Shown in pieces: positions 22,730 through 33,178 of a stretch of 64,000 nt of DNA. Under the pieces are notes generated by a model. The model ran no database searches. It was not told the origin of the DNA and saw only the letters and a list, made by a program, of their open reading frames with translations. This stretch comes from an uncultured Planctomycetia bacterium (lineage in GTDB: Bacteria > Omnitrophota > Gorgyraeia > 2-02-FULL-51-18), in the NCBI GenBank assembly GCA_964642015.1, contig CAZXLF010000002.1, forward strand, positions 287,678-351,677. The letters run 5' to 3'. Made by a program: the position numbers and the translations under genes. Numbering within the stretch: the stretch's first letter is position 1; each line of letters opens with the position of its first letter.

Positions 22730-24332
22730 AGGCGCTGCTTTTTTATCAGGCCTTTTCCTTTTTTTAGCAGTATTTATTAGTGATCAATCCAATCTTTATC
22801 CGGACGCACCCGTCTACGGTGATTCTTTTGTTGTTTCTTCGATAGGCGAGCCTTCAAATCTCATTCCTTTTTTTGCCAGCGACACAGCGTCCGCGGATAT
22901 TTCGTCGCTTATTTTTAACGGTTTGGTCAAATACGATAAAAATCTAAAGCTGGTCGGCGATTTGGCGGAAAGTTGGGATATTGCGGACAATGGTTTGCGT
23001 ATCATTTTTCATCTCCGAAAGAATGTGCTTTGGCAGGATGGCAAGCCGTTTACGGCCAAAGATGTCGAGTTCACCTTCAAAAAACTGACAGATCCTTCTG
23101 TGGCAACGCCGTACGGAGGGGATTTTGAAAAAGTGAAGTCAGTTAATGTCATTGATCCTTACACGGTCGAAGTGCTTTATAAGGAACCGTTTTCTCCTGG
23201 GTTGGCAAGCTGGGGCATGGGCATCGTTCCTGAGCATTTACTTGCGAATCAGGATCTTATGAGTACGGATTTTGTGCGCCATCCGATCGGTACAGGCCCT
23301 TACATTTTAAAAAAATGGAAAACCGGCGAAAAACTAGAGCTCGAAGCCAATCCTGTTTATTTCGAAGGAAAACCTTTCATCGATAGGTACATATATAGGA
23401 TAATTCCTGACCAAGCCACGACCTTTCTTGAGCTTGAAACTGAAAATCTAGACATGATGTCTTTGACGCCGCTGCAGGCAAAAAAACAGACAGACTCCTT
23501 ATTTTTTAGAACGAAATACAGGAAATTCAAATACCCCAGTTTCGGTTATGTCTATGTGGGGTACAACCTGGAAAACCCGTTGTTTGCCGATAAGAAAGTC
23601 CGCAAGGCCATTGGCATGGCGATCAATAAGCAGGAGATCGTGGATGTGTCGCTTTTAGGATTGGGTCATGTTGCCACGGGACCTTTTTTGCCAGGGACAT
23701 GGGCATATAATGACGATGTGAAGCCGTCATTATTCGATCCTGAAAAAGCCAGGCGATTGTTGGCTGAGGCGGGCTGGCGAGACACGGACGGCGACGGTAT
23801 TTTAGATAAGAACGGCAAAAAATTCTCTTTTACGATCTTGACCAATCAAGGCAATGACCAGCGAAAAATGGCCTGTGAGATGATCCAAAAGCGGTTAAAG
23901 GACGTCGGCATTGAGATGCATATCCAGATTGTGGAGTGGAGCACATTCCTTAAAGAATTTATTGATAAAAAAAGATTTGAAGCGGTTCTGTTGGCATGGC
24001 AACTCGGAAGAGAACCGGATTGCTTTGATATTTTTCATTCATCCAGAACAGCACCCGGAAATTTTAATTTTGTCTCTTACAAAAACGATGAAGTGGACCG
24101 GCTTTTGATTGAGGGAAGACGCGTATTTGAAGAGGATAAGCGGGTATTGATTTATCACCGCATCCATGAAATATTGAACGAGGATGAGCCGTATACTTTT
24201 CTTTATGTGCCGGATGCTGTTCCGATCGTGCATCAGAGGTTTAAAGGTATCGAATTAGCACCGGCCGGTATCGGTCACAATTTCATCAAATGGTACGTGC
24301 CTCAGGACGAGCAGAGATACAAACGGTCATGA
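22719..24332 (+). CDS. ABC transporter substrate-binding protein, family 5 (oligopeptide/dipeptide/nickel, OppA/DppA-like)
   Basis: Signal peptide MRNKGAAFLSGLFLFLAVFIS. Family-5 SBP size and motifs (e.g. LVKYDKNLKLVGDLAESWDI). The start chosen avoids the overlap with secG. Confidence 0.8.
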   Translation: MRNKGAAFLSGLFLFLAVFISDQSNLYPDAPVYGDSFVVSSIGEPSNLIPFFASDTASADISSLIFNGLVKYDKNLKLVGDLAESWDIADNGLRIIFHLRKNVLWQDGKPFTAKDVEFTFKKLTDPSVATPYGGDFEKVKSVNVIDPYTVEVLYKEPFSPGLASWGMGIVPEHLLANQDLMSTDFVRHPIGTGPYILKKWKTGEKLELEANPVYFEGKPFIDRYIYRIIPDQATTFLELETENLDMMSLTPLQAKKQTDSLFFRTKYRKFKYPSFGYVYVGYNLENPLFADKKVRKAIGMAINKQEIVDVSLLGLGHVATGPFLPGTWAYNDDVKPSLFDPEKARRLLAEAGWRDTDGDGILDKNGKKFSFTILTNQGNDQRKMACEMIQKRLKDVGIEMHIQIVEWSTFLKEFIDKKRFEAVLLAWQLGREPDCFDIFHSSRTAPGNFNFVSYKNDEVDRLLIEGRRVFEEDKRVLIYHRIHEILNEDEPYTFLYVPDAVPIVHQRFKGIELAPAGIGHNFIKWYVPQDEQRYKRS

Positions 24333-25300
24333 CCGCTTATTTTTTTAAACGGATCTTTAATCTTATCCCTCAATTGATCGGTATTACGCTGATCAGTTTT
24401 GCCGTGATCCATCTCGCCCCCGGAGGTCCCGTGGATGCAAGGGCGGATCTCAATCCAAAAATGTCGATGGAGGCCAAAGAAAAATTGGCGAAACTTTACG
24501 GTCTTGATAAACCGGTGATCGTGCAATATAAGGATTGGCTTAAGCGCCTATTGCGTTTTGATCTAGGAAATTCTTTTGTTGATGGCGAAAAAGTGACAAA
24601 AAAGATCAGTCACACGATCCCCGTTACGCTCTTGATCAACATTTTATCGCTTTTCTTGATCTTTGTTATCGGAATCCCTTTGGGTGTGTATGGAGCGCTC
24701 AAGGAGAACACGGTAACTGATCAAGCACTCACTTTATTTGTAATGGTGGGTTTTGCTGTTCCCACATTTTGGATATCTTTGCTTTTAATGCATTTATTCG
24801 GCGTGCAATTTCACATTTTCCCAGTCTCCGGGCTCACTTCGGTCAATTTTGAGGATATAAACAAAGTTGATAAGATCCTGGATATTTCCAAACACCTTGT
24901 GTTGCCGCTTATCGTCTCATCGATCACCGGAGTTGCGGGAATTTCGCGTTTTATGAGATCAGGCATGATTGAAGCGTTGAGATCGGATTATATCCGTACG
25001 GCACGCGCTAAAGGCCTGCCCGAAAATAAAGTGATCTATCATCACGCGCTTAGAAACGCACTTTTACCGATCGTGACAATTCTTGGCTTGTCGGTGCCGT
25101 CGCTTTTGGGCGGCAGTGTTGTTTTTGAAAGTATTTTTTCGATACCCGGCATGGGGCGCCTTTTTTTTAATTCGGTTTTTACAAGAGATTATCCGGTGAT
25201 CATGGGCATTTTAGTGTTGGGAGCGTTCCTGACTCTTTTAGGCAATCTTTTGGCGGATATTGCGTACGGCCTGGCAGATCCGAGGATTAGACTTCGGTGA
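24329..25300 (+). CDS. ABC transporter permease (OppB/DppB-like)
   Basis: Six TM helices. EAA-like loop SDYIRTARAKGLPENKVIYHHALRNALLP. ATGA overlap with the SBP gene. Confidence 0.85.
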   Translation: MTAYFFKRIFNLIPQLIGITLISFAVIHLAPGGPVDARADLNPKMSMEAKEKLAKLYGLDKPVIVQYKDWLKRLLRFDLGNSFVDGEKVTKKISHTIPVTLLINILSLFLIFVIGIPLGVYGALKENTVTDQALTLFVMVGFAVPTFWISLLLMHLFGVQFHIFPVSGLTSVNFEDINKVDKILDISKHLVLPLIVSSITGVAGISRFMRSGMIEALRSDYIRTARAKGLPENKVIYHHALRNALLPIVTILGLSVPSLLGGSVVFESIFSIPGMGRLFFNSVFTRDYPVIMGILVLGAFLTLLGNLLADIAYGLADPRIRLR

Positions 25301-26118
25301 GCATGAAGCCTGTCATAAACAAAAACAGTGTGCGATTGTCTTTTTTGTGGCTAGCCGCGATAGGGATCCTATCAATGGCATCGCCATTTGTATTGCACGA
25401 CAGATATCTATCGATGAATTTTTCACATATTTTAGAACCACCCTCAACACAGTATTTTTTGGGCACAGATTCTTTGGGCCGGGATCTTTTGAGCCGAATT
25501 TTAGCCGGAGCAGGTATTTCGCTCAGCGTCGGATTGTTGGCGGTGGGCATTGCCATTTTTTTGGGAATGTGCATCGGTGTGGTCGCCGGCTATTACGGCG
25601 GGCGGATCGATAAATGTCTGATGGCGTTCGTTGACCTCATGCTTTGTTTTCCGACGTTTTTTCTTATCTTAGCTGTGATCGCAATTTTGGGAACAAATAT
25701 GATGAATGTGGTGATCATCATCGGAGCTACAAGCTGGATGGGGACCGCAAGATTGGTCCGTGCAGAGGTGTTAACACTTAAAGAAAGAGAATTCGTTTTG
25801 GCGGCGCGTGCGATCGGCGCCGGCGATGCACGCATTATGTTTCTGCATTTGGTACCAAATGCTTTAGGCCCGGTGATCGTGAACGCGATCCTGGGTATTT
25901 CATCCGCGGTGCTTACCGAAACCGCTTTGAGTTTTCTCGGGATCGGGGTCCAGCCGCCGATGCCGAGTTGGGGCAATATTTTGATGGACGGAAAAGCGAC
26001 GTTGGGCGTTGCGTGGTGGTTAACGTTATTCCCGGGCATGATGATCTTATTGACGGTCCTTTCTACGAATACGATAGGGGAAGAATTCCATCAATCGATC
26101 CAAGGGCAGGACTCATGA
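25297..26118 (+). CDS. ABC transporter permease (OppC/DppC-like)
   Basis: N-terminal motif YFLGTDSLGRDLLSRIL and EAA loop EFVLAARAIGAGDARIMFLHLVPNALGP. Confidence 0.85.
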   Translation: MSMKPVINKNSVRLSFLWLAAIGILSMASPFVLHDRYLSMNFSHILEPPSTQYFLGTDSLGRDLLSRILAGAGISLSVGLLAVGIAIFLGMCIGVVAGYYGGRIDKCLMAFVDLMLCFPTFFLILAVIAILGTNMMNVVIIIGATSWMGTARLVRAEVLTLKEREFVLAARAIGAGDARIMFLHLVPNALGPVIVNAILGISSAVLTETALSFLGIGVQPPMPSWGNILMDGKATLGVAWWLTLFPGMMILLTVLSTNTIGEEFHQSIQGQDS

Positions 26119-26948
26119 GCGCTATTCTTGAAATACGTGATCTTGAGATTATATTTTCAGGCCGTGAAAGGCAGGCTCATCAGCTGATAAGGGCCGTAGA
26201 TAAAGCCAGTTTTTCAATAGGAAACAATTCTTTCGTATCGGTTGTCGGCGAATCTGGATCGGGAAAAACTGTCACGGCGCTCGCGATAGGAGGTCTCATC
26301 AAAGCGCATGAGATAAAAGGGCATATTTTTTATCAATACAAAGATCAGGTTCGAATCGACCTATTGGGGATTTCGGAGAAAAAACTACAAAAAATCCGAG
26401 GAAAAGAAATAGCGTATATATTTCAAGATCCAGCTCGAGCGCTTAATCCGGTTCTAAGAATAGGGGATCAGATCGCTGAGGCTTACCGGGTGCATTTCGA
26501 GGCCTCTGAATTTGAAGCAAAAAAGAAAGTTTTAGATTACTTGACGGCGGTCAAAATAAAAGAGTGTGAGCGAGTTTACTGCAGTTTTCCGCATGAACTT
26601 TCCGGCGGCATGAAACAGCGCGCGATGATCGCGATGACTTTGATCTTGGAGCCGCGGATCCTCATTGCTGATGAACCGACGACGGCGCTTGATTCGGTCA
26701 CCGAGTCGGAAATCATGACACTTTTAACTGATTCAAAAAAATCGAAAGGGTTTTCAGTGTTGTTCATCACTCATGATCTGGCCTTAGCGGTGAAGTTCTC
26801 GGATCATATTTATGTGATGCAGAAAGGTAGAATCGCTGAACAGATGGCCGAAGAGGGTGGGCAGTTTAAAGCCAAAGAGGCATACACTAAAAAACTTTTT
26901 AATGCCCAATTAGCCGGTTTAAAACCGAAAAGCTTCATAGAGGTTTAA
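26115..26948 (+). CDS. ABC transporter ATP-binding protein (OppD/DppD-like)
   Basis: Walker A GESGSGKT, signature LSGGMKQR, Walker B LILADEPTTALD. The ATG at 26115 overlaps the permease stop. Confidence 0.88.
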   Translation: MSAILEIRDLEIIFSGRERQAHQLIRAVDKASFSIGNNSFVSVVGESGSGKTVTALAIGGLIKAHEIKGHIFYQYKDQVRIDLLGISEKKLQKIRGKEIAYIFQDPARALNPVLRIGDQIAEAYRVHFEASEFEAKKKVLDYLTAVKIKECERVYCSFPHELSGGMKQRAMIAMTLILEPRILIADEPTTALDSVTESEIMTLLTDSKKSKGFSVLFITHDLALAVKFSDHIYVMQKGRIAEQMAEEGGQFKAKEAYTKKLFNAQLAGLKPKSFIEV

Positions 26949-26951
26949 TTC

Positions 26952-27698
26952 ATGTTGCTCGAAGTGAAAAATTTAAAAAAATACTTCCACAGCTCACGCG
27001 TAAAAGCCGTGGATGGTATTTCTTTTTCCGTTGAAGAGGGGCAAACATTTGGGGTCGTCGGTGAGTCCGGTTCAGGGAAATCCACGTTGGCCAAATTGAT
27101 TTTGAGGTTTCTCGATCCCGATGACGGACAGATCCTGTTCGAAGGGAAGGATATAAGCCACGCGAAAGAAAATGAACTCAAGGATTTTAGAAGAAAAACT
27201 CAAATCATATTCCAAGAACCGTATCATTCACTTGATCCGCATATGAGGATCGGGGATATTTTAAAAGAAGTTTTTATTCTGTCAGGTGAACGCCAAAAAG
27301 CTATTTTGATCAACAAAGCTTCGGAACTGCTCCGTCATGTCGAATTACCGGAATCTTTTCTTACACGCTACCCTCGCGAACTTAGTGGCGGAGAATGTCA
27401 AAGAATAGCTATTGCGCGTGCCATAAGCCTGAAACCTAAGCTGATCATATGTGATGAGGCGGTCTCGTCGCTTGATGCATTGGTGAGAGCTCAAATTCTC
27501 AACCTTTTTTTAAAATTGCAAAGAGAAAAACAGCTTTCGTATCTTTTTATTTCACATGATTTGAAAGTCATTCGCCATATGAGTGATATGGTCATGGTCA
27601 TAAGAGATGGGCAGGTTTGCGAAATGGGGGCAGCGGATGATGTTTTTCACGAACCAATCAATGCTTATACAAAAGAGCTCATCGCTTGCCAACTTTAA
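26952..27698 (+). CDS. ABC transporter ATP-binding protein (OppF/DppF-like)
   Basis: Walker A GESGSGKST, signature LSGGECQR, Walker B LIICDEAVSSLD. Confidence 0.88.
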   Translation: MLLEVKNLKKYFHSSRVKAVDGISFSVEEGQTFGVVGESGSGKSTLAKLILRFLDPDDGQILFEGKDISHAKENELKDFRRKTQIIFQEPYHSLDPHMRIGDILKEVFILSGERQKAILINKASELLRHVELPESFLTRYPRELSGGECQRIAIARAISLKPKLIICDEAVSSLDALVRAQILNLFLKLQREKQLSYLFISHDLKVIRHMSDMVMVIRDGQVCEMGAADDVFHEPINAYTKELIACQL

Positions 27699-27807
27699 GA
27701 GTTATATCTATATATTATATCCATTAACAATTATGACATCTGTTTTAATTCAATTTTGTATTTATTATTGATTTTTATTAAATATTGTGTATAATTGTTA
27801 ATAAATC

Positions 27808-28830
27808 ATGAATATCAATATTCGAAAAACCATATTCTTATTGCTCAGTTTGTACCTTGCTACTTTCTCTCTCAGAGGCGCAAAAGCCGAAGATATCTAT
27901 TGTGAAGTAATGAGCGTAAAAGGTGAAGTGACCGTTGTCCAAAATGGTGCGGTCAGCGCGGTTAAACAGGGCGACCACTTAAAAGCTGGAGACGCGATTA
28001 AGGTAGGTGAAAACAGCTTCGTAGATCTTGCATATGACAAACTTTGGAGCAATGTGACAAGGATACGCGAAAACTCTGAAGTCAAGATCGGTTCCATTGA
28101 GCCAACGCATATTGATATGAAACAGGGTGATATTTTTTCAAAAATCAAGGCGCTATCCACTAATTCCTCATTCGAGATTCAGACCCCCACCGCTGTAGCA
28201 TCCGTCCGCGGCACCGAATTCGATGTGTTTGCCGGAAGGGACGGATCTACGGTGGTATCCAATTTTTCGCCAACGCCTAATTCTATAGTTGAAGTCGCAG
28301 GTTTGGATGTGGCCGGCAACAAACAACCGGCTCCTCCCGTGATGTTGACCGTAGGAAATAAAACAGAGATCCCTGAATTAGGTAAAGCGCCCACACCTCC
28401 GCAACCGATTTCTCCGGAGTTAATGGCTAAGAACGCTCAGGATTCGGTAGGCACAAAAGATAAAGGCTCCGATGACAAAAAAATAGGACAAGGTCCGGGC
28501 GGGCCGGGCAATGGTCCTGAAGATGTTTCGTCCAATACTTCTGATTCGACGATGACGGGAGGGATCAAGCCGATTACTTCGAATCCGGAACCACCAAATT
28601 CGCTGCCCACAATGCCTGCGGATGTCAATATACCGAAGCCTCCCACGGATTTTTCGCCCCCACAAATTCCTGACAGAATTGACACCATTCAGAACATTGC
28701 CGATAATGTGCAAAATAAGACAGCTACGATAACTGACAGTATTCAAAACCAAACTTTTTCTTCTCCTCCGCCGACTCCCGATATGAACATGCAATCTCCG
28801 CCTCCGACACCGTCCCCTTCCCCGAGTTGA
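27808..28830 (+). CDS. FecR-domain secreted protein with a Pro-rich C-terminal tail
   Basis: Signal peptide. FecR-like core VTVVQNGAVSAVKQGDHLKAGDAIKVGENSFVDL...TPTAVASVRGTEFDV. C-terminal ~130 aa rich in P/S/T (PPTPDMNMQSPPPTPSPSPS). Confidence 0.65.
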   Translation: MNINIRKTIFLLLSLYLATFSLRGAKAEDIYCEVMSVKGEVTVVQNGAVSAVKQGDHLKAGDAIKVGENSFVDLAYDKLWSNVTRIRENSEVKIGSIEPTHIDMKQGDIFSKIKALSTNSSFEIQTPTAVASVRGTEFDVFAGRDGSTVVSNFSPTPNSIVEVAGLDVAGNKQPAPPVMLTVGNKTEIPELGKAPTPPQPISPELMAKNAQDSVGTKDKGSDDKKIGQGPGGPGNGPEDVSSNTSDSTMTGGIKPITSNPEPPNSLPTMPADVNIPKPPTDFSPPQIPDRIDTIQNIADNVQNKTATITDSIQNQTFSSPPPTPDMNMQSPPPTPSPSPS

Positions 28831-28848
28831 TTCAGGCCGGAGTCTAAT

Positions 28849-29955
28849 TTGATTAAAAGATCTTTAGTGAATTATAAATCGGCAACAAGTCAAAAATGCA
28901 TCCCAGTTTTGATAATATTTTTAGGTCTTATTTTATCAGCTCAATCAGTTGATGCTGACGATGCGTTGACTGATCAGCAGAAGGCTGAAAGACGCCAAGA
29001 ACTTGATCAGGCGGTTCGCTTGTCCGACTACATGAAAGCACAAAAGAAAAAGGCGGAAGCCGCTGCCAAAAATCCATGGAGCGTGAACGTGGTTACGAAC
29101 CTAGGCTATGACAGGAATGTCACGTTCGATTCACGCCGTCTCGCTGATACGTTTCACCAGGAAACAGCGACGGTTACTTATACGGAGGATCATGGCGAGC
29201 TGGCCGGTTTTATCCCTGGAGGCAGATACGGATTTTCGGGTAATCTGGACGAATTGGATTATTCCAGGCGCAACGAATCCGATTACCGCAATTATAAGGT
29301 CAACCCTTTTTTTACGACAAATCTTACTCCATTCGAATCTTTGAGAACTGAGTATACGTTCAAGAATGTCCGCTATCTCAAAAACGATCAGATCAATTAT
29401 TTGAGCCACGAAATAAAGAATTCACTGATCGAAGCGCGTTTTTCTCATTGGCTGCATACCGCTTACACAAAGATCGAATTCAAGGATTACACCGATCGAT
29501 TCGCATTGGACGCATCGGCGCTTTCATCTTCGGACAAACGTTTTGATACGTTATGCGAATACGGTTATACCGCGATCTATTTTCCGTCGGACAAACTGGT
29601 CTTCGGGGCCACCGGTGCTTACCATGTCAACGACTCCAATGATAATTTTCAGAATTACAGTGATTATGACGGCTACAAAGTGACTGGTTTTGTTTACGCG
29701 GTTTTATCGGACCGAATCAATTTGGTTGAAGCAGCCGGTTGGGATCAGAAATATTATAAAGCAAAAACTTTAAGCGCTGATCCTTCCAAAAATGAGCAGG
29801 ATGGATTCCTTTATTTTGCTACATATCTTTATTACAATCTTACTCCAAAAACGCAGATCGTGTTCTCGTATCTGTGGGATCAGGATTTTTCAAACAATCC
29901 ATTGCTTCAATTCACCGGCACTATGGCGACTGTCGGTTTCTCGGTCAAAATTTAG
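28849..29955 (+). CDS. hypothetical outer-membrane/secreted protein (beta-rich, Tyr/Asp-rich)
   Basis: N-terminal signal-like hydrophobic segment. Alternating aromatic/polar pattern throughout, consistent with a beta-barrel. Immediately downstream of the FecR-like gene. Confidence 0.45.
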   Translation: MIKRSLVNYKSATSQKCIPVLIIFLGLILSAQSVDADDALTDQQKAERRQELDQAVRLSDYMKAQKKKAEAAAKNPWSVNVVTNLGYDRNVTFDSRRLADTFHQETATVTYTEDHGELAGFIPGGRYGFSGNLDELDYSRRNESDYRNYKVNPFFTTNLTPFESLRTEYTFKNVRYLKNDQINYLSHEIKNSLIEARFSHWLHTAYTKIEFKDYTDRFALDASALSSSDKRFDTLCEYGYTAIYFPSDKLVFGATGAYHVNDSNDNFQNYSDYDGYKVTGFVYAVLSDRINLVEAAGWDQKYYKAKTLSADPSKNEQDGFLYFATYLYYNLTPKTQIVFSYLWDQDFSNNPLLQFTGTMATVGFSVKI

Positions 29956-30073
29956 TAACTTCTTGCCAAGATACCCTAGTAGTTTTATAATGATTGCCTT
30001 GTAATAAAAGGTCTCTTCCGGTTTTTCCTGAATGCGACCGTCAATGTTAACCCTATTAAATTTAATCGGTTAA

Positions 30074-31297
30074 ATGAAAAAGTTACTTACATTTCTCATG
30101 GCCGGAGGAAAAGGCGAGCGTCTTTATCCGCTTACCAAGGACCGCGCAAAGCCTGCGGTGCCGTTTGGCGGGATTTACCGGATCGTGGATTTCACGCTTT
30201 CAAACTGCATTAATTCCGGTATCCGCCGGATCCATATCCTGACGCAATATAAATCAATGTCCTTGTCCAGGCATATCCGCATGGGCTGGAACGTCTTAAA
30301 TTCAGAAGTGGGTGAGTATATCGACGTTGTGCCGGCTCAACAGCGTATTGATGAGCATTGGTACCAAGGTACGGCTGATTCGATCTATCAGAATATTTAT
30401 TCGATCCGCATTGAGAATCCAGAGCAGATCTTGATCCTTGCCGGGGACCATATTTATAAAATGAACTATCGGCTGATGCTTGAAGCGCATCGGCAGGCAA
30501 AGGCGGATCTGACGATCGGTGTTGTGCCGATGCCCAAAGAAGAATCGCCGAACGTCGGCGTGATCGAGGTGAATGCAGAGAACATGGTCGTGGGCTTCGA
30601 AGAAAAGCCGAAAGTCCCAAAGACCGTTCCGGGTGATCCGGAAAATCTTTACGGATCAATGGGTATCTATATTTTTGACAGAAAGATCTTAGAAGAAGAG
30701 TTGAGTGAAGATTCAAAAAAAGATTCCACACATGATTTTGGAAAAGATATTATTCCTCAGATGATCCAGAAAGGCCAGCGCCGCATTTTGGCGTATAAAT
30801 TCGTTGATGAAAATAACAAAGCCGCTCTGTATTGGAGAGATGTCGGGACTTTGGACGCTTATTATGAAGCGAACATGGACCTGATCCAGGTATCACCGCA
30901 TTTTAATCTGTATGACCGCGAATGGCCTATCCGTACATATCAGCCGCAATATCCGCCGGCAAAATTCGTGTTTGCTCAGGCCTTCGGCGGACGCCGCGGA
31001 ACGGCTTTGGATTCTATCGTCGGCGACGGTTGCATCATTTCAGGCGGTTTGGTGCAGCGTTCTATTTTGTCTCCCAACGTGCGTGTCAACAGTTACGCGG
31101 AAGTTGAGGACTCGCTCATCATGGAAGGCGTGGATGTGGGACGTCACGCGAAGATCAAGAACGCGATCATCGACAAACACGTGAAAATTATGCCGAACGC
31201 GGAGATTGGCATCAATAGAGCAAAAGACGAAAAGCGCTTTATGGTCACACCCAAAGGCATTGTCGTGGTGGAAAAGGGCGCGGTGGTTGAAGAATAA
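30074..31297 (+). CDS. glgC: glucose-1-phosphate adenylyltransferase
   Basis: [25 protein letters not shown] nucleotide-binding N-terminus and a C-terminal left-handed beta-helix region. 407 aa. Confidence 0.88.
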   Translation: MKKLLTFLMAGGKGERLYPLTKDRAKPAVPFGGIYRIVDFTLSNCINSGIRRIHILTQYKSMSLSRHIRMGWNVLNSEVGEYIDVVPAQQRIDEHWYQGTADSIYQNIYSIRIENPEQILILAGDHIYKMNYRLMLEAHRQAKADLTIGVVPMPKEESPNVGVIEVNAENMVVGFEEKPKVPKTVPGDPENLYGSMGIYIFDRKILEEELSEDSKKDSTHDFGKDIIPQMIQKGQRRILAYKFVDENNKAALYWRDVGTLDAYYEANMDLIQVSPHFNLYDREWPIRTYQPQYPPAKFVFAQAFGGRRGTALDSIVGDGCIISGGLVQRSILSPNVRVNSYAEVEDSLIMEGVDVGRHAKIKNAIIDKHVKIMPNAEIGINRAKDEKRFMVTPKGIVVVEKGAVVEE

Positions 31298-32079
31298 TGA
31301 GCGCCGATGTTTTAAAAATTGGCAGTTTTGAATTAAAGTCCCGCCTGATTGTCGGAACGGGTAAGTACGCTTCGTTTCAGGAAATGACGGAAGCGCTTGA
31401 GGCCTCGGGCACCGAGATGGTCACCGTTGCTGTCAGACGGATCAATCTCGACCGCACAAAAGAATCTTTACTCGATTTTGTTGATCCCAAAAAATATATT
31501 CTTTTACCGAACACAGCCGGCTGCTATACCAAAGAAGACGCGGTCCGCATCGCACGTCTCGGCCGCGCGGCGGGTCTTTCGAATCTTGTGAAGCTTGAGG
31601 TCATCGGAGATGAAAAGACTTTGTTGCCGGATACTTTAGCGCTTTTGGAAGCGACGAAAGAATTGGTCAAAGATGGATTCATCGTGATGCCGTATACGAA
31701 TGACGATCCGATCATGGCCAAACGCCTTGAAGATGCGGGAGCGGCGTGCGTGATGCCTCTTGCAGCACCGATCGGTTCAGGACAAGGAGTGATGAACCGT
31801 TTAAATATCGAGCTTTTGATAGAAAAAATAAGCGTACCGGTTATCGTGGATGCCGGTGTTGGCACTGCTTCGGACGCGGCGATCGCGATGGAACTGGGTG
31901 CGGACGGCGTTTTAATGAATACGGCGATCGCTGGCGCAAAAGAGCCGGTCAAAATGGCCGAAGCAATGAAATTGGCGGTACGCGCCGGTCGTCTTGCATT
32001 TCAAGCGGGAAGAATTGAGAAAAAACGGCATGCAAATGCATCAAGCCCTGTTACGGGATTAGTTGGAGCTATTGAATGA
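31297..32079 (+). CDS. thiG: thiazole synthase
   Basis: [19 protein letters not shown], Schiff-base Lys region, [32 protein letters not shown]. Confidence 0.88.
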   Translation: MSADVLKIGSFELKSRLIVGTGKYASFQEMTEALEASGTEMVTVAVRRINLDRTKESLLDFVDPKKYILLPNTAGCYTKEDAVRIARLGRAAGLSNLVKLEVIGDEKTLLPDTLALLEATKELVKDGFIVMPYTNDDPIMAKRLEDAGAACVMPLAAPIGSGQGVMNRLNIELLIEKISVPVIVDAGVGTASDAAIAMELGADGVLMNTAIAGAKEPVKMAEAMKLAVRAGRLAFQAGRIEKKRHANASSPVTGLVGAIE

Positions 32080-33170
32080 AAAAAAATACAAATCATAAAA
32101 GGCATTATCGTATCGCGGTTATTCCGGGAGATGGCACAGGTCCGGAAGTTGTCACTGAAGCGTTGAAAGTTTTGGAGGCTTCCTCAAAGACTAGCGGTTA
32201 TTCTTTGGAATTGGAGCATTTTGATTTTGGAGGTGAGCGTTATCTCAAGACTAAAAAAGTTTTGACGGACAAGGAGGTCTCGGCGCTTAAAAAATTCGAT
32301 GCGATCCTTTTAGGGGCGGTCGGTCATCCGGATGTCAAACCGGGCATTCTTGAAAAGGGATTGCTTTTAAAGATCCGTTTTGATCTTGAGCAATATATCA
32401 ATCTGCGCCCTGTCAAACTTTATCCCGGGGTTTGGACTCCTTTAAGAGACAAAGGCCCCGAAGACATTGATTTTGTCGTTGTCCGCGAAAATAACGAAGG
32501 ACTGTATGTCGGTGAAGGCAAATTCATTAATAAAGGAAAGAAGAACGAAGTTGCACTCCAGGTTTCCCGCAATACTAGAAAAGGCGTCGAACGTTGCATT
32601 CGCTATGCGTTTGAGTTAACTCGCAAGCGAGATAAAAGAAAGAAACTGACGCTGTGTGCCAAAACCAATGTGCTGACTTATGCGCACGACCTTTGGTGGA
32701 GGGTGTTTAATGAAATTGCCAAGGAATATAAGGACGTCCAGACTGATTATGCGCATGTTGATGCCACCTGCATGTGGATGGTGAAGAATCCCGAATGGTT
32801 TGATGTGATCGTGACCGACAACATGTTCGGCGATATCATTACGGATCTTGGCGCAATGATCCAAGGCGGAATGGGGATCGCGGCCGGCGGGAATTTGAAT
32901 CCCGAAGGAGTTTCTATGTTCGAGCCGATCGGCGGTTCAGCTCCCAAATATACCGGCCAAAACGTGATCAATCCGTTGGCTGCGATCTGTGCGGCGGGCA
33001 TGATGATCGATCATTTAGGTGAGAACGAGGCGGCAGCGGAGATCGAGAATGCCGTGATGAATGTGACAAAGAATAAATTGAAATCTCTCGCGGCGGGAAA
33101 GATGGGTTATGGGACCCGCGAAGTCGGCGATCTGGTCGTCGACTCATTGAGACAGACGGTGAATAGATAG
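32076..33170 (+). CDS. 3-isopropylmalate/tartrate dehydrogenase family protein
   Basis: [53 protein letters not shown] second member of the beta-decarboxylating dehydrogenase family in this window. Confidence 0.75.
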   Translation: MKKNTNHKRHYRIAVIPGDGTGPEVVTEALKVLEASSKTSGYSLELEHFDFGGERYLKTKKVLTDKEVSALKKFDAILLGAVGHPDVKPGILEKGLLLKIRFDLEQYINLRPVKLYPGVWTPLRDKGPEDIDFVVVRENNEGLYVGEGKFINKGKKNEVALQVSRNTRKGVERCIRYAFELTRKRDKRKKLTLCAKTNVLTYAHDLWWRVFNEIAKEYKDVQTDYAHVDATCMWMVKNPEWFDVIVTDNMFGDIITDLGAMIQGGMGIAAGGNLNPEGVSMFEPIGGSAPKYTGQNVINPLAAICAAGMMIDHLGENEAAAEIENAVMNVTKNKLKSLAAGKMGYGTREVGDLVVDSLRQTVNR

Positions 33171-33178
33171 GAAAAAGA

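Noticed and set aside
25260-25613. 117-aa + strand ORF spanning the oppB/oppC junction in another frame
   Set aside because: Overlaps two permease genes with clear ABC transporter motifs. No RBS.
30210-30731. 173-aa minus-strand ORF inside glgC
   Set aside because: Antisense shadow ORF with an Arg/Ser-rich product.
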